From Tubulanus polymorphus (taxonomy: Eukaryota > Animalia > Nemertea): DNA of 64,000 nucleotides. Positions 20,281 through 29,565 of this stretch are shown here, in pieces; position 1 is the stretch's first letter, and each line of letters opens with the position of its first letter. The notes beneath the pieces are model-generated. The model made no database searches and was not told the DNA's origin. It saw nothing but the letters and a program-made list of their open reading frames with translations. The DNA is taken from assembly GCF_964204645.1 (NCBI RefSeq), contig NC_134032.1, forward strand, positions 4,550,175-4,614,174, read 5' to 3'. The translations under genes were made by a program, and so were the position numbers.

Positions 20281-20630
20281 GCCTCTAGCCGGCTCCCACC
20301 TCTGGCCACATCTAAGATTGGGGGCTCATCAAGCATCGTTGCGCCAACGATCCCGCCACAGTAGTCGCTCTTAAGTTACCAGCACCAAGGCTCCCTGCAC
20401 ATTTATCGCTCAATGAGCCATAATTGTCCAAGGACCCCGTTAGGTGCACTTCATCCAAGCCAAAGCTTAACGGATGAGGGGCAACCCGCCTTCAGAGAAT
20501 CAGGTCTTTTGCAGGAGCATCCTGCGCAGGACCTTGATATTCTCATCATTAGGCTGTTAGAGCTTTCTTGTCGCGGGCATTTGCTTTCTCCCAATCTCAG
20601 ATGTAGACAGCTGTAGGAGCCGGCTGAGGT
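20281..20630 (-). ncRNA. candidate structured RNA (long closing stem, internal hairpins, box C/D kink-turn)
   Basis: ~40-bp imperfect inverted repeat 20281-20324/20589-20630; nested helices; GCCT-A-ATGATGA-GAAT...ATTC-T-CTGA-AGGC on the minus strand at 20554-20488. Confidence 0.55.
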
Positions 20631-20635
20631 ACCAC

Positions 20636-20745
20636 GCGCGCATTCACACGCATTTACGCACACATTCACACGCACTCACATACACATTCGCGCACATTTA
20701 CGCACACATTCGCGCGCACTTACACACACACTCATACATATCTAC
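20636..20745. repeat. degenerate CA-rich microsatellite (CACACATT-like)
   Basis: Seen directly in the sequence. Confidence 0.8.
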
Positions 20746-21064
20746 ACCTCCGCAAGGGAGGAACAACATGAATTTATTTACAGAAAGATACACTAATTGA
20801 CCTCATAGGGAGATCGGAAATGACAACAGATATAGATTTTTTTTCGCCACCAAAGCGCGGTGACTGGTTTTTTTGGTTTTGGATTAAATGCAGATTACAA
20901 TACAATACATACATTCCTGTGCTCGTCGCCACGGCAGCGGCAAGCCCCTTTTGCTTCCTCGAAGCCCCTGACAGCTGTCAGGTGTTCACTGTCCTCCGCA
21001 TGCGCCCTTGCGCGGAAACATTGTTTGGATGCACCCGCTTCTCCGGGGTCGCGTCCTTGCGGGC

Positions 21065-23890
21065 CTAATGCCTCCTGCCTCGCCCGCCTTCCATGGCACT
21101 CCTGGCCTCCCTCTGGGCCCTAGCCTCAAGCACCTTCAGGGTCTGCTCCAGAGTGAGCGCACTGCTCCCCAACGGGGATAGTGGTTTCCTCGCCAGACTG
21201 GCATCGGCGGCTGGCGGCTGCCGCGTACTCACAAACGGGTCCCTGCGATGAAGCGAGGGGTTCATGCTATGCATTGAGAATCTAGGGCCCAAGGAAGGGG
21301 GCCCTACATTCCTACGCATAGTCATAGTAACCTCTTGCTGCACTTGAGACACGTTACTTCCGTCAGCGCTCTGCTGCACAGTAGTAACCTCTCTAGTCCG
21401 CTGACTCGTTTGTGAAAACGCGGGCGACGCTGGCCTCCTCTCTCTCTGCCTCTGCTCCATCTCTGGAGCCCAAGTCCTGCACAGTTTGCGATGAGCAATC
21501 TCCACATCAGCCACAGACACCCCAACCCTTTCCGCACTATCCACTCGCAGAGCGAGGATTTGCGAACTCTCATCGGTAAAGGCTTGGACCACGTGCACCA
21601 TTGCACGCAGAAAAGCCTCCAGCCGCCGATTTGCATCGGCCGGACTATTTGTAGATGCCCCTTGCGGCTGCACATACAAATCGTCATACGGGCAGGGCTT
21701 GCGCCTCGTCTCATATCTTGCCTCTTCCTCATCGTCTTCATCCATTCGTCTCTCCACGACACTACTGCCTGGCCGGGCGTAGACATCCATGTCTGGCTGC
21801 CTGCTGGGCCCTGAAAAGCCATCAAACGTGATCCTCTGTCTTACTGGTATGTTCTGAGACTGGGCATTGCTGCCCTGCCTCGTCGATACTACCTCTCTAC
21901 CAAGAAGGTTTTGAGGCATGCCCCAATGCTCTTGGGACATAGAGTAAGACTGAGGGCCAACGATTGTTTCTCTATCAACCTTGGGCGGTGCATATCTGTC
22001 GATACTGGCGCCCTGCTGAGAGAGCTGTCTTTTCAGGGTCTCTCCCTCTTCCACAAGGAGATTCATCCTCTTCTCAAGCTGAGCCCTATTTTTATACTCT
22101 TCATTGAGGGCCATGGCAGCGTCCCGACAGTCAGTCACTGCCTCTTGCAAGCTCTGCTCTCTCTTAGACAACAGCTCTCGCAGCTCTCCGATGTATGTCT
22201 CCATCTTCGCTCTCTCCTCCTGCATCTCCATCCTCAGAGCACCAAGCTGATGCTCTTGCGAGCTCATACAGCCTTGCAGGCGCTCGTTCGCTTTGCAGCT
22301 CTCCACAAGCTCACCATGGCTGGCGATGAGCTCATACTCGACCATTTCGGCTTTCTTTTTCAAGGTATTAATGTAATCATCTTTGCGTGCACCCTCCTGA
22401 ACCAGGCAGCTGCCCTCGCTCCTCAGATCCATTATTACCTTTTCCAAGTCAGCCGCCACCTGCTTCCCAGCTTGGACCTGACGAATCAGATCCTCCTTCT
22501 CTGCCTGGGCGCTAGCCGCATTGGCCTGCTCCCGTTGCAGTTCCTTCTGGAGCCATTCAGCCTCGTCCATGAACTTTTTCTTCTCCCCTAAGAGAGTCTC
22601 TACTTCTGTCACCATCGTCACGACATCCGTAATGCCGTCGACTCTGTGAAAGGGGTGGAGTTTCTCCAGCTGTTGAGAAAAGCTCACTAAGAGGCAATCT
22701 TGCCCCTGAATGAATTTCTCGACCTCTGGAGAGAGATACTCAACACCGTCCACAGGCACTTCACCCCCTTCCTGCGAGTCCTCTGTCTGCAGCACTGCCC
22801 CAAATGCGCCCGTCTGCCCATTGGCATCAGAGGCATTCTGCACCGATCCAGTTCCGTTCGGATCTACTGGAGGGACGACCACGGTCACAACCGTATCATC
22901 CTTGTCACTGACTGCCCCAGTTCCGTTCGGATCTACTGGAGGGACGACCACGGCCGGAACCGTATCACCCTTGTCACTGACTGCCCCAGTTCCGTTCGGA
23001 TCGACTGGAGGGACGACCACGGCCGGAACCGTATCATCCTTGTCACTGACTGTCCCAGTTCCGTTAGGATCTGTTTGGTCAGCGACCACGCGCTGCAGCG
23101 AGTCATCGCCATCACTATCACCGACACCAGCGTTCACAGATGTTTGCACATCTGCTTGGCCACCATCACTGACAGCGCCACCGACATTAGCGTTCGCAGA
23201 CATTTTCACATCTGCTTGGCTACCATCACTGACAGCGCCCTGAACAGGGCCACCATCACTACCTCCGCCCTGAACAGGGCCACCACCGACATTAGCGTTC
23301 GCAGACATTTTCACATCTGCTTGGCTACCATCACTGACAGCGCCCTGAACAGGGCCACCATCACTACCTCCGCCCTGAACAGGGCCACCACCGACATTAG
23401 CGTTCACAAATGTTTGCACACTTGCTTGGCTAAGGTCATCGCCCTGAACAGGGCCACCACCGACATTGGCGTCCAGAGCTGTTTCCACATCTCCTTGACC
23501 AAGGTCCTCACCCCCGACCCCAGTAAGGGACGGGAGATACTTGTTCCATCTTCCCATCCCAGTGGTCCAGGTCTGAAGGTTTACCAGGCTCTCGCCCTGA
23601 AACTGCAGACTGGGATCAGGCTGGGCAGTGCTACTCGGATAGTTCGTCATCGGCAGGACATTGCTAGTGTCTGCGGCTGGGTTACCAACCACAGGCACTT
23701 GCCCGGTCCCACCAAAGAAGAAGGGAGTATCACCGACAAAGCCAGATGACAACACGGGGTTGTCCGGTTCAAACAGGTTCAAAGCGTTGAATGCCTGAAC
23801 AGGGAGGTCTGCCCCATCCGAAGATGGTGTAGTACTCGATAGATTTGCGTGCGACATATTGACAAAATTTTGGCGATATGCAAGAAACAT
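21065..23890 (-). CDS. 941-aa protein with N-terminal tandem repeats, central coiled coil and disordered C-terminus
   Basis: ANVGGGPVQG and VVVPPVDPNGTG(A/T)VSDK repeats; long central heptad region. Confidence 0.8.
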   Translation of the reverse strand: MFLAYRQNFVNMSHANLSSTTPSSDGADLPVQAFNALNLFEPDNPVLSSGFVGDTPFFFGGTGQVPVVGNPAADTSNVLPMTNYPSSTAQPDPSLQFQGESLVNLQTWTTGMGRWNKYLPSLTGVGGEDLGQGDVETALDANVGGGPVQGDDLSQASVQTFVNANVGGGPVQGGGSDGGPVQGAVSDGSQADVKMSANANVGGGPVQGGGSDGGPVQGAVSDGSQADVKMSANANVGGAVSDGGQADVQTSVNAGVGDSDGDDSLQRVVADQTDPNGTGTVSDKDDTVPAVVVPPVDPNGTGAVSDKGDTVPAVVVPPVDPNGTGAVSDKDDTVVTVVVPPVDPNGTGSVQNASDANGQTGAFGAVLQTEDSQEGGEVPVDGVEYLSPEVEKFIQGQDCLLVSFSQQLEKLHPFHRVDGITDVVTMVTEVETLLGEKKKFMDEAEWLQKELQREQANAASAQAEKEDLIRQVQAGKQVAADLEKVIMDLRSEGSCLVQEGARKDDYINTLKKKAEMVEYELIASHGELVESCKANERLQGCMSSQEHQLGALRMEMQEERAKMETYIGELRELLSKREQSLQEAVTDCRDAAMALNEEYKNRAQLEKRMNLLVEEGETLKRQLSQQGASIDRYAPPKVDRETIVGPQSYSMSQEHWGMPQNLLGREVVSTRQGSNAQSQNIPVRQRITFDGFSGPSRQPDMDVYARPGSSVVERRMDEDDEEEARYETRRKPCPYDDLYVQPQGASTNSPADANRRLEAFLRAMVHVVQAFTDESSQILALRVDSAERVGVSVADVEIAHRKLCRTWAPEMEQRQRERRPASPAFSQTSQRTREVTTVQQSADGSNVSQVQQEVTMTMRRNVGPPSLGPRFSMHSMNPSLHRRDPFVSTRQPPAADASLARKPLSPLGSSALTLEQTLKVLEARAQREARSAMEGGRGRRH
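22847..23470. repeat. coding tandem repeats (60-bp units and nested longer units)
   Basis: CCAGTTCCGTTCGGATC recurs at 60-nt spacing; CCCTGAACAGGGCCACCA recurs repeatedly. Confidence 0.9.
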
Positions 23891-23994
23891 AAGAATCTAT
23901 GGGAGTGCAGCAGAAATATCCAAATTTTGCATAGATTTGGCGCCTCCGCAGATTATCTACATTAGAGAAAAAAAGAAAGGGGCGTGGTTTGCAG

Positions 23995-24930
23995 CTATGA
24001 CCCATACAGCCCTGATATCAATTTATGGGTAGGAGCGCTCCCCACTCCGCCAAGCGCACTATACTGCTGCCTTCTTAAATGGCGCGCTATGATAGGCGCC
24101 ACGTCTGAGGACGACAACAATTGTCCTGCTAGTCCATGGCCAGTAGACTGATTGGGCGCATATAGGTCACTTTTGTGAAGAGGCAGCATGGCCTGCAGCT
24201 GCGTGCATATGGTTTTCAATGAATACCGATCCACGACGCAAGAGTTGAGCAGCGGCTCCATGAATTCCATCAGCTGATCTATACTATAGACGCGCCCAAT
24301 GCTCAGGGCGCCCAAGATCTCGCGGAGGGCGGCGCGCAGTCCAATCAGGTCATTGTCCGAAGTCAGCGAATCTTTAATCAGGTTGGACATCTCTTTGGCG
24401 CCAAACGAACTTAGCACAGATGTGGGCGACGAGAGGAGGCTCGCAGCATTAGGATTGGGCATGCCTGGAATGTTAAGCGCGAATTCGAGGAGGCCCTGCA
24501 GGGACGCAAAGGGCACAGTGGCGCGCTTGTGCTCGCGGCGGTCTTTGGGCTTTTGGCATTCGGCGCACGGGGGGCCAAGGATGATCGGGATCTCTGCTTG
24601 GTATAAAAAGGGCCCATGGGCATCTGGCCCCAATGCCTGCTCAGGCACGATCAGCTCAAAATTGTTGTAGCGCTGATTAAACACAGGGCGAAGCGCAGAG
24701 TTGCTAATGTCGATGTATCCCTCGCTTAAGTGATCGATGTCCATTGACGAATTTTTATTTGGAGCCTGCACCACGATGGCATTGATATCTATTTTGGCAG
24801 GGACCCATGCAGGATGATGATAGGGCATGCGCAGGCACACGGCATTGATGCTGCATCCATGTGCATTGCGGCGCGATTTGTTATAGTGCTTGCGAGGGAG
24901 CGATCCCAGCACTTCTTTAATAATTTCCAT
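23995..24930 (-). CDS. hypothetical protein
   Basis: 311-aa ORF with CAEC; upstream TTTTATATAAATCC-ATG. Confidence 0.7.
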   Translation of the reverse strand: MEIIKEVLGSLPRKHYNKSRRNAHGCSINAVCLRMPYHHPAWVPAKIDINAIVVQAPNKNSSMDIDHLSEGYIDISNSALRPVFNQRYNNFELIVPEQALGPDAHGPFLYQAEIPIILGPPCAECQKPKDRREHKRATVPFASLQGLLEFALNIPGMPNPNAASLLSSPTSVLSSFGAKEMSNLIKDSLTSDNDLIGLRAALREILGALSIGRVYSIDQLMEFMEPLLNSCVVDRYSLKTICTQLQAMLPLHKSDLYAPNQSTGHGLAGQLLSSSDVAPIIARHLRRQQYSALGGVGSAPTHKLISGLYGS

Positions 24931-25705
24931 GGATTTATATAAAATGCAGGAGTGCTATTATTCTTCGACTCTCGCTTTAAAACATGATACGCTATTTGTG
25001 GACCTGGCCTCTTTTAGCTTCTTGCGCTGCGCGACCGCACCTAAATTAGAGAGGAAGATCAGCTCTATGACTACATCTACTGTGGGATACCAGTATAAAG
25101 TGTGCGGCGCCCTCATTGACTACTCGATGGGCATTTGGATCACAGAGCCCCTGAGCGACCCTATTCCGTTCCACACCAGCCTTAAATACCTCAAGTCGTC
25201 GGCTTCTTTTTTAGACATCCCTGTTAGCGCTTTCCACTATGCAGATATGAAACAGAAGCCGCCCTATTATGCCCAGGTGGCCCTTGTTCAAAATCAGGGG
25301 CTCTCATGCACCATTTTGCCTACTATCCCTGGCGTCATTGGCCCCCTGCGCTGCACGAATGCCATGACGGTGGAGTGGCCCTTAGACTGGCCTTATGCAG
25401 AAGATACCGACACGATCGCCAAGGCCTATATTCCAGAAATGGCATACCTGAGCGGCGCGGCCGACACAATACCCCCCAAGCTGTCATGCTATATTGTGTG
25501 CGATTCGTTTTATCGGGTCGACTCTGATGAATGCTCGCTGTTCGAGCCCCAGGTAATTCGCGAGTTCATGAACCTATCCCATCGAGTGGCCATGCGCAAA
25601 AAAAAAGATATAAAGCTCCTGCCGCCCCCTGACGATCAGCGCAAATATATAACCACCCCAGGAGGAGTTCTGCAAGTGCGCAGAGACAAGTCATTCCTGT
25701 CATAG
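24929..25705 (+). CDS. hypothetical protein (very tentative RPB7/D339L-like)
   Basis: First ATG at 24929 is interlocked with the opposite start; the function guess is weak. Confidence 0.55.
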   Translation: MDLYKMQECYYSSTLALKHDTLFVDLASFSFLRCATAPKLERKISSMTTSTVGYQYKVCGALIDYSMGIWITEPLSDPIPFHTSLKYLKSSASFLDIPVSAFHYADMKQKPPYYAQVALVQNQGLSCTILPTIPGVIGPLRCTNAMTVEWPLDWPYAEDTDTIAKAYIPEMAYLSGAADTIPPKLSCYIVCDSFYRVDSDECSLFEPQVIREFMNLSHRVAMRKKKDIKLLPPPDDQRKYITTPGGVLQVRRDKSFLS

Positions 25706-25734
25706 GCGCCTGCCATTCCCTCTCCCCTCCCCCT

Positions 25735-25754
25735 TTTTTTTTTTAAAAAAAAAA
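25735..25754. terminator. T10-A10 bidirectional poly(T) terminator between convergent genes
   Basis: TTTTTTTTTTAAAAAAAAAA between the stops at 25705 (+) and 25769 (-); ASFV terminates at poly(T). Confidence 0.7.
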
Positions 25755-25768
25755 GAAAACAAAGTAAC

Positions 25769-26089
25769 TTACAATATAAACGCCGCGGGCAGCTTCTCAA
25801 AAGAGATTGGATTATGAGTTAGGGGCAGGTTCTGATATAGCAATTTGCCCTTGTAGACTTTAAGGGGCACTAGCAGCGAGAATTCGAGCTTGTTTTGGTC
25901 GAGTTCGCGTTGCGCAATGTCAGCGATTTCTTCATTGTCCCGAAAGGGGCATTTGGGCTCTGCGCCCATATTTAATTCATTGGCGCGGCGGTTGACAGCG
26001 CTGGCGCGCATAGAGCTATTGATTATATGGTTATGATAAGGCAACTTCCCATGGGATTTGCTTGTTTTTTTCCACTCCCATGCTGCCAT
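25769..26089 (-). CDS. rpb6: RNA polymerase subunit RPB6 homolog
   Basis: INSSMRASAVNRRANELNMGA..DIAQRELDQNKL resembles [32 protein letters not shown]. Confidence 0.7.
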   Translation of the reverse strand: MAAWEWKKTSKSHGKLPYHNHIINSSMRASAVNRRANELNMGAEPKCPFRDNEEIADIAQRELDQNKLEFSLLVPLKVYKGKLLYQNLPLTHNPISFEKLPAAFIL

Positions 26090-26690
26090 TTTTGGGCACG
26101 GTCGCTAATGAAACACACTGAATGATAAGCATGACAACTAAAACGACGACAATCGCAGCAATGGTGTAGCTCACGGGCGCGGCATCAGGCCCTGATGTTT
26201 CTTTAAATTGGATATCTGCGCGATCGGGCGAATAGATTAGCGTATCGTTTGGCGGATATTCTAGATTGGCGCCCACAATAGATGTGTTAATAATGTCGAC
26301 TTCTGAATCGATGCCATGGACGCTCCCGAGTGATATATGCAAATTTTTGGGGATCAGGTCGATCATGCTCTGAGTGCGGCATCCGTGGGCAATGCAAACT
26401 GGATCTGTCACGAGGGGGCAAGGCTTTTTAGATTCGATGCAAGAGAGCAGGCCCAGGTCCCGCGCAGTGTGGCCTACCAGATTTTCACAATTAGGGTTTT
26501 CTAGGTAGGCATCTGCCCGCCTGGACAGGGTATGCAGTGCATCGCGAAACGGCTCTCTCACCACTAACTGGCCGCTCGCTGCGACCATGGTGACCCACTT
26601 TGAGAGGGAAGTGCTTGGGCATGACAGGTCCTCGACCGTAGAGGGTCCCTTAGAAAGCTCAGGGGCTGGCTGCGAAGGAGGCGCCATCAT
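26031..26690 (-). CDS. entry-fusion membrane protein, E199L/A16-G9-J5-like
   Basis: Cys-rich SCIESKKPCPLVTDPVC, C-terminal TM, adjacent to the E248R-like gene. Confidence 0.55.
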   Translation of the reverse strand: MMAPPSQPAPELSKGPSTVEDLSCPSTSLSKWVTMVAASGQLVVREPFRDALHTLSRRADAYLENPNCENLVGHTARDLGLLSCIESKKPCPLVTDPVCIAHGCRTQSMIDLIPKNLHISLGSVHGIDSEVDIINTSIVGANLEYPPNDTLIYSPDRADIQFKETSGPDAAPVSYTIAAIVVVLVVMLIIQCVSLATVPKNGSMGVEKNKQIPWEVALS

Positions 26691-26708
26691 AAAGAGTCTC
26701 TGCTATTA

Positions 26709-27530
26709 CTAAAAAAAAATGATCTTTGGCCCTATGTCTGCGATGGCGTCCTCCGCAGGCTTGGGCAGCGCAGAGCCCATGCCCACAACCTCAGGCCCTT
26801 CAAAGACTAGCGGCTGAGACGAGGCCGAGGCGCCCGGTTTAGAGGCATGAATGGCCAGCGGTATCAGAGTGACTAAAAGCATGGCCACGACGCCGATGAC
26901 AATGGCGATCACAATCGTAGTTGTAGACACTCCTGCGATTAGGCTCTTTGCTGTATCAGAGATGTTGTCGCCCAGGCCTGACGACTTGGAGGCATCTTTA
27001 TTGTACTCTGAAATCTGGGTCGACTTTTTGTTGAGGGCCTGATCCATTTCATCGCGCAGGGTCTCTAGCCGGCTGTTTAAATGGGAGGTAATCGTGGTCT
27101 CTACAATGGTGACATTATGGGCATTGGTGAGCTGAATGCGCGCTTTGCTGACAGCCTCCTGATTGATATTGAGCACTTTGGTGATCAGGTCTGTCTTCTC
27201 AATGGTGGAGTTGATTGTGTTTTGTATTTTTTTGACGTCTACGCTCAGGCCCTGTCCGCTGACGGATTTGGCAATGTCTTCTACATGCTGGTTCAGCGCG
27301 TTTTCAATCTCTTGCTTGTTGCTCATCATCTTAGTGATGGCCTGGGCGCGCGCATCTAATGTAGAGCTGATCTTAGTTTTAGCAATTAATACATTGTCTA
27401 CATCTTTTAAAGCAATTTCACTAACACTGCGGTGGCTTTGCGATAAATTAGTTGTGCTATTCAATACTTGCTTTTGCGTAAATTTTAATATCTTAGTAGC
27501 AACACTGACTTTTGCACTTGCTTGACCCAT
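26709..27530 (-). CDS. myristoylated membrane protein, E248R/vaccinia L1-like
   Basis: MGQAS myristoylation start, S/T/N/Q-rich body, C-terminal TM. Confidence 0.75.
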   Translation of the reverse strand: MGQASAKVSVATKILKFTQKQVLNSTTNLSQSHRSVSEIALKDVDNVLIAKTKISSTLDARAQAITKMMSNKQEIENALNQHVEDIAKSVSGQGLSVDVKKIQNTINSTIEKTDLITKVLNINQEAVSKARIQLTNAHNVTIVETTITSHLNSRLETLRDEMDQALNKKSTQISEYNKDASKSSGLGDNISDTAKSLIAGVSTTTIVIAIVIGVVAMLLVTLIPLAIHASKPGASASSQPLVFEGPEVVGMGSALPKPAEDAIADIGPKIIFF

Positions 27531-28509
27531 GGCCGAATGCGCTATACATGGGATTGCTAGTAACAGCGCTGCGTTACCTCTAACAGAGAAAAAATACTTA
27601 AAGGACCTTGAGGCCCTGTACAATGCCGAGATCAATGTAAGGGCAGCGCTTCCCGATGATACCGTCTATAAAGAAAGCACTCAATGGAGGAAACAGGAGC
27701 GCGCCTACTTCTCCCACACATCAAATCCCAATCGCACGGCCTACAAGCTCAGCCCAGTGCTCTATGCCGCGCCCAGCCCAGCTACCCTTTTGGCGCTCGG
27801 AGAGGCGCCTGGGTCCTTTGGGCGCTTTTATCTAAAGGAGGACGACCACAACAGGGTCCTGAACACCACATACCAGAGGCTCGATGAGTGCCTTAAGTAT
27901 CAGCAGATCAAAGATTGGGATACGTTCCTGAGTAATAACCCAAATCGCGTGCTCGATGTCACAAGCCCCCAATGCGCAAGCGATCTGCTAAACAAAAAGT
28001 GTGTTGCTAGCATAATAGACAATGCGATCGAGGCGCACGATGAGGTTGATGCGGCACCGCTGATTTTGTCTTGCGACATCGGCACGGGCGAGTGGAGCAC
28101 CGATCCTGAAGTCATGTCCTTTGGGCAAAAGGCCCTGATCAATTGCGTGATGCATCCGCGTTTTGGGCGCTTTTCTGCAGCCATTTTCAAAATTCAGTAT
28201 CCGATCTTGGAGGGGCATTACTTTGTCGATTTTGTACATCATGTTTCGGCCTATGTCAAGGATGCTTACAGCATGGAGACAGTGACCTTTAAATCTGCTT
28301 TCTCTTTTGCGCTCAATCAAGAACTCTATATCCTTATGAAATCGCCAAGAGATGACCATGAGATCTATACATTTAATCCTATGCATCTTGACCCCAGTGA
28401 CTCGCTGATGACGGCCTTTAATAAGATAATAGAGGCCTGGGACGGCGTGCGCCAAAGGGTGAAGGATGCCAAGGCAGCCACGCGAAAGGCAGGCACGGCA
28501 TATAAATAG
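27529..28509 (+). CDS. FtsJ-like cap 2'-O-methyltransferase (EP424R-like)
   Basis: AYKL, LGEAPGSF, SCDIG, IFKI and NQELY give the K-D-K-E tetrad. Confidence 0.85.
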   Translation: MAECAIHGIASNSAALPLTEKKYLKDLEALYNAEINVRAALPDDTVYKESTQWRKQERAYFSHTSNPNRTAYKLSPVLYAAPSPATLLALGEAPGSFGRFYLKEDDHNRVLNTTYQRLDECLKYQQIKDWDTFLSNNPNRVLDVTSPQCASDLLNKKCVASIIDNAIEAHDEVDAAPLILSCDIGTGEWSTDPEVMSFGQKALINCVMHPRFGRFSAAIFKIQYPILEGHYFVDFVHHVSAYVKDAYSMETVTFKSAFSFALNQELYILMKSPRDDHEIYTFNPMHLDPSDSLMTAFNKIIEAWDGVRQRVKDAKAATRKAGTAYK

Positions 28510-28528
28510 CAATTTACTAAAAGGCCCT

Positions 28529-28768
28529 ATGTATGTAGATAAGATATTTAGGATGCAGCTCTTTCAAAGAATGCTGGTCGTGGCCCTGATCTTTTGTGTT
28601 GGCATCCTTGCCACTATGGGACTCGTAGAGATCTCTCACTACTTCATGGAGCTGCTCCTTGCAGGAGAAACAATGTTTTGGGCCACTGTTCCGCATTCAC
28701 ACTTTAAAGAGCCGCATAATAATGCATCGCGCTTGGCGCAGGGCCTTGTAAATCGTAGTAGGGCTTGA
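28529..28768 (+). CDS. small membrane protein
   Basis: TM MLVVALIFCVGILATMGL; upstream TATAAATA. Confidence 0.55.
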   Translation: MYVDKIFRMQLFQRMLVVALIFCVGILATMGLVEISHYFMELLLAGETMFWATVPHSHFKEPHNNASRLAQGLVNRSRA

Positions 28769-28881
28769 ATCGTCTTACCCCTTTTTTTTGCGCAGGGGCG
28801 CGCGCTATTGAAAAGCAAAAGACCCCCGTAGAGCGCAGGGAGGCAAAATATATAGTACTTAGAAGGAGCAGGCCCTGCACA

Positions 28882-29104
28882 ATGAAACGGCAAACCTGGA
28901 TTTTGGTCTTTGGGATTGCCCTTTTGGACCCTGTCAAGCAGCGCCCCTCTGCCTTTATGCGCAGGAGAGAGCATGCCCCGTCCTGACTGGAGGTATAAGG
29001 GCATGGCCCGCTCAGTAGCCTCGCGCCCCCGGTCTTTTCATGGCTGGTTGCGGGCAACACCAGTAATTTGGTTCTCGTACGCGGTCCCAAAGGGCAGGCC
29101 CTGA
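28882..29104 (+). pseudogene. possible small secreted protein split by a +1 frameshift
   Basis: MKRQTWILVFGIAL plus WTLSSSAP in the next frame gives a clean signal peptide. Confidence 0.35.
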
Positions 29105-29195
29105 CAGGCGCATAAAGGCGGCGGTGCTCTTTTTGGCGCGCAAGGGCGTTCATTATTTTTTTATAGTAATCGCCGCTTATAGATCTTTTGTAATC

Positions 29196-29420
29196 ATGCC
29201 TTCAACACATTCCGCGATGGCGCGCGCTGCGATTCTCTGCGTCTTTATGGTGACCATGAGCGTCGTTATTGTCATGCTGGCCTGGGCTGTTTATGGCCTG
29301 GTTAGGCGCTCGCAGGAGCACACAGCGCTCGAGCACGCAAAGCGCTCTCTGTGGCATCTCATTCCTCGTGCAGGGCAGGAGCATGCGCTGTCCCACAATC
29401 TGCCGCCGCTGGGAATGTAA
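29196..29420 (+). CDS. small membrane protein
   Basis: TM AILCVFMVTMSVVIVMLAWAVY. Confidence 0.6.
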   Translation: MPSTHSAMARAAILCVFMVTMSVVIVMLAWAVYGLVRRSQEHTALEHAKRSLWHLIPRAGQEHALSHNLPPLGM

Positions 29421-29565
29421 GCGCCCCCCCCATCCCACCTTGCCCATTATAGGTCCATGCCCTGATCTCTTATATCTTTGCCTTTGTGCCGCATGAGGCG
29501 CCATCGGCCCCTTTAGCTGATCTGTTTTTTTTTTTTTTTTAAATAGGCAAGAGCAGGCGCTGCTA

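Noticed and set aside
19926-20288. 120-aa ORF across the repeat
   Set aside because: TTG start; the translation merely cycles through the frames of a 25-bp unit
20290-20380. Group I intron P7 (GACTA) or U3 snoRNA boxes
   Set aside because: No TAGTC partner and no proper order of U3 boxes
20488-20554. SECIS element
   Set aside because: A K-turn core and an AA are present, but the apical region (~40 nt) is too long and the upstream ORF ends in TAG, not TGA
21911-23749. Long plus-strand ORFs (226, 349 and 177 aa)
   Set aside because: Antisense shadows of the repetitive 941-aa gene
27531-27635. N-terminal extension of the E248R-like ORF
   Set aside because: TTG start inside the opposite gene; MGQAS at 27530 is the credible start
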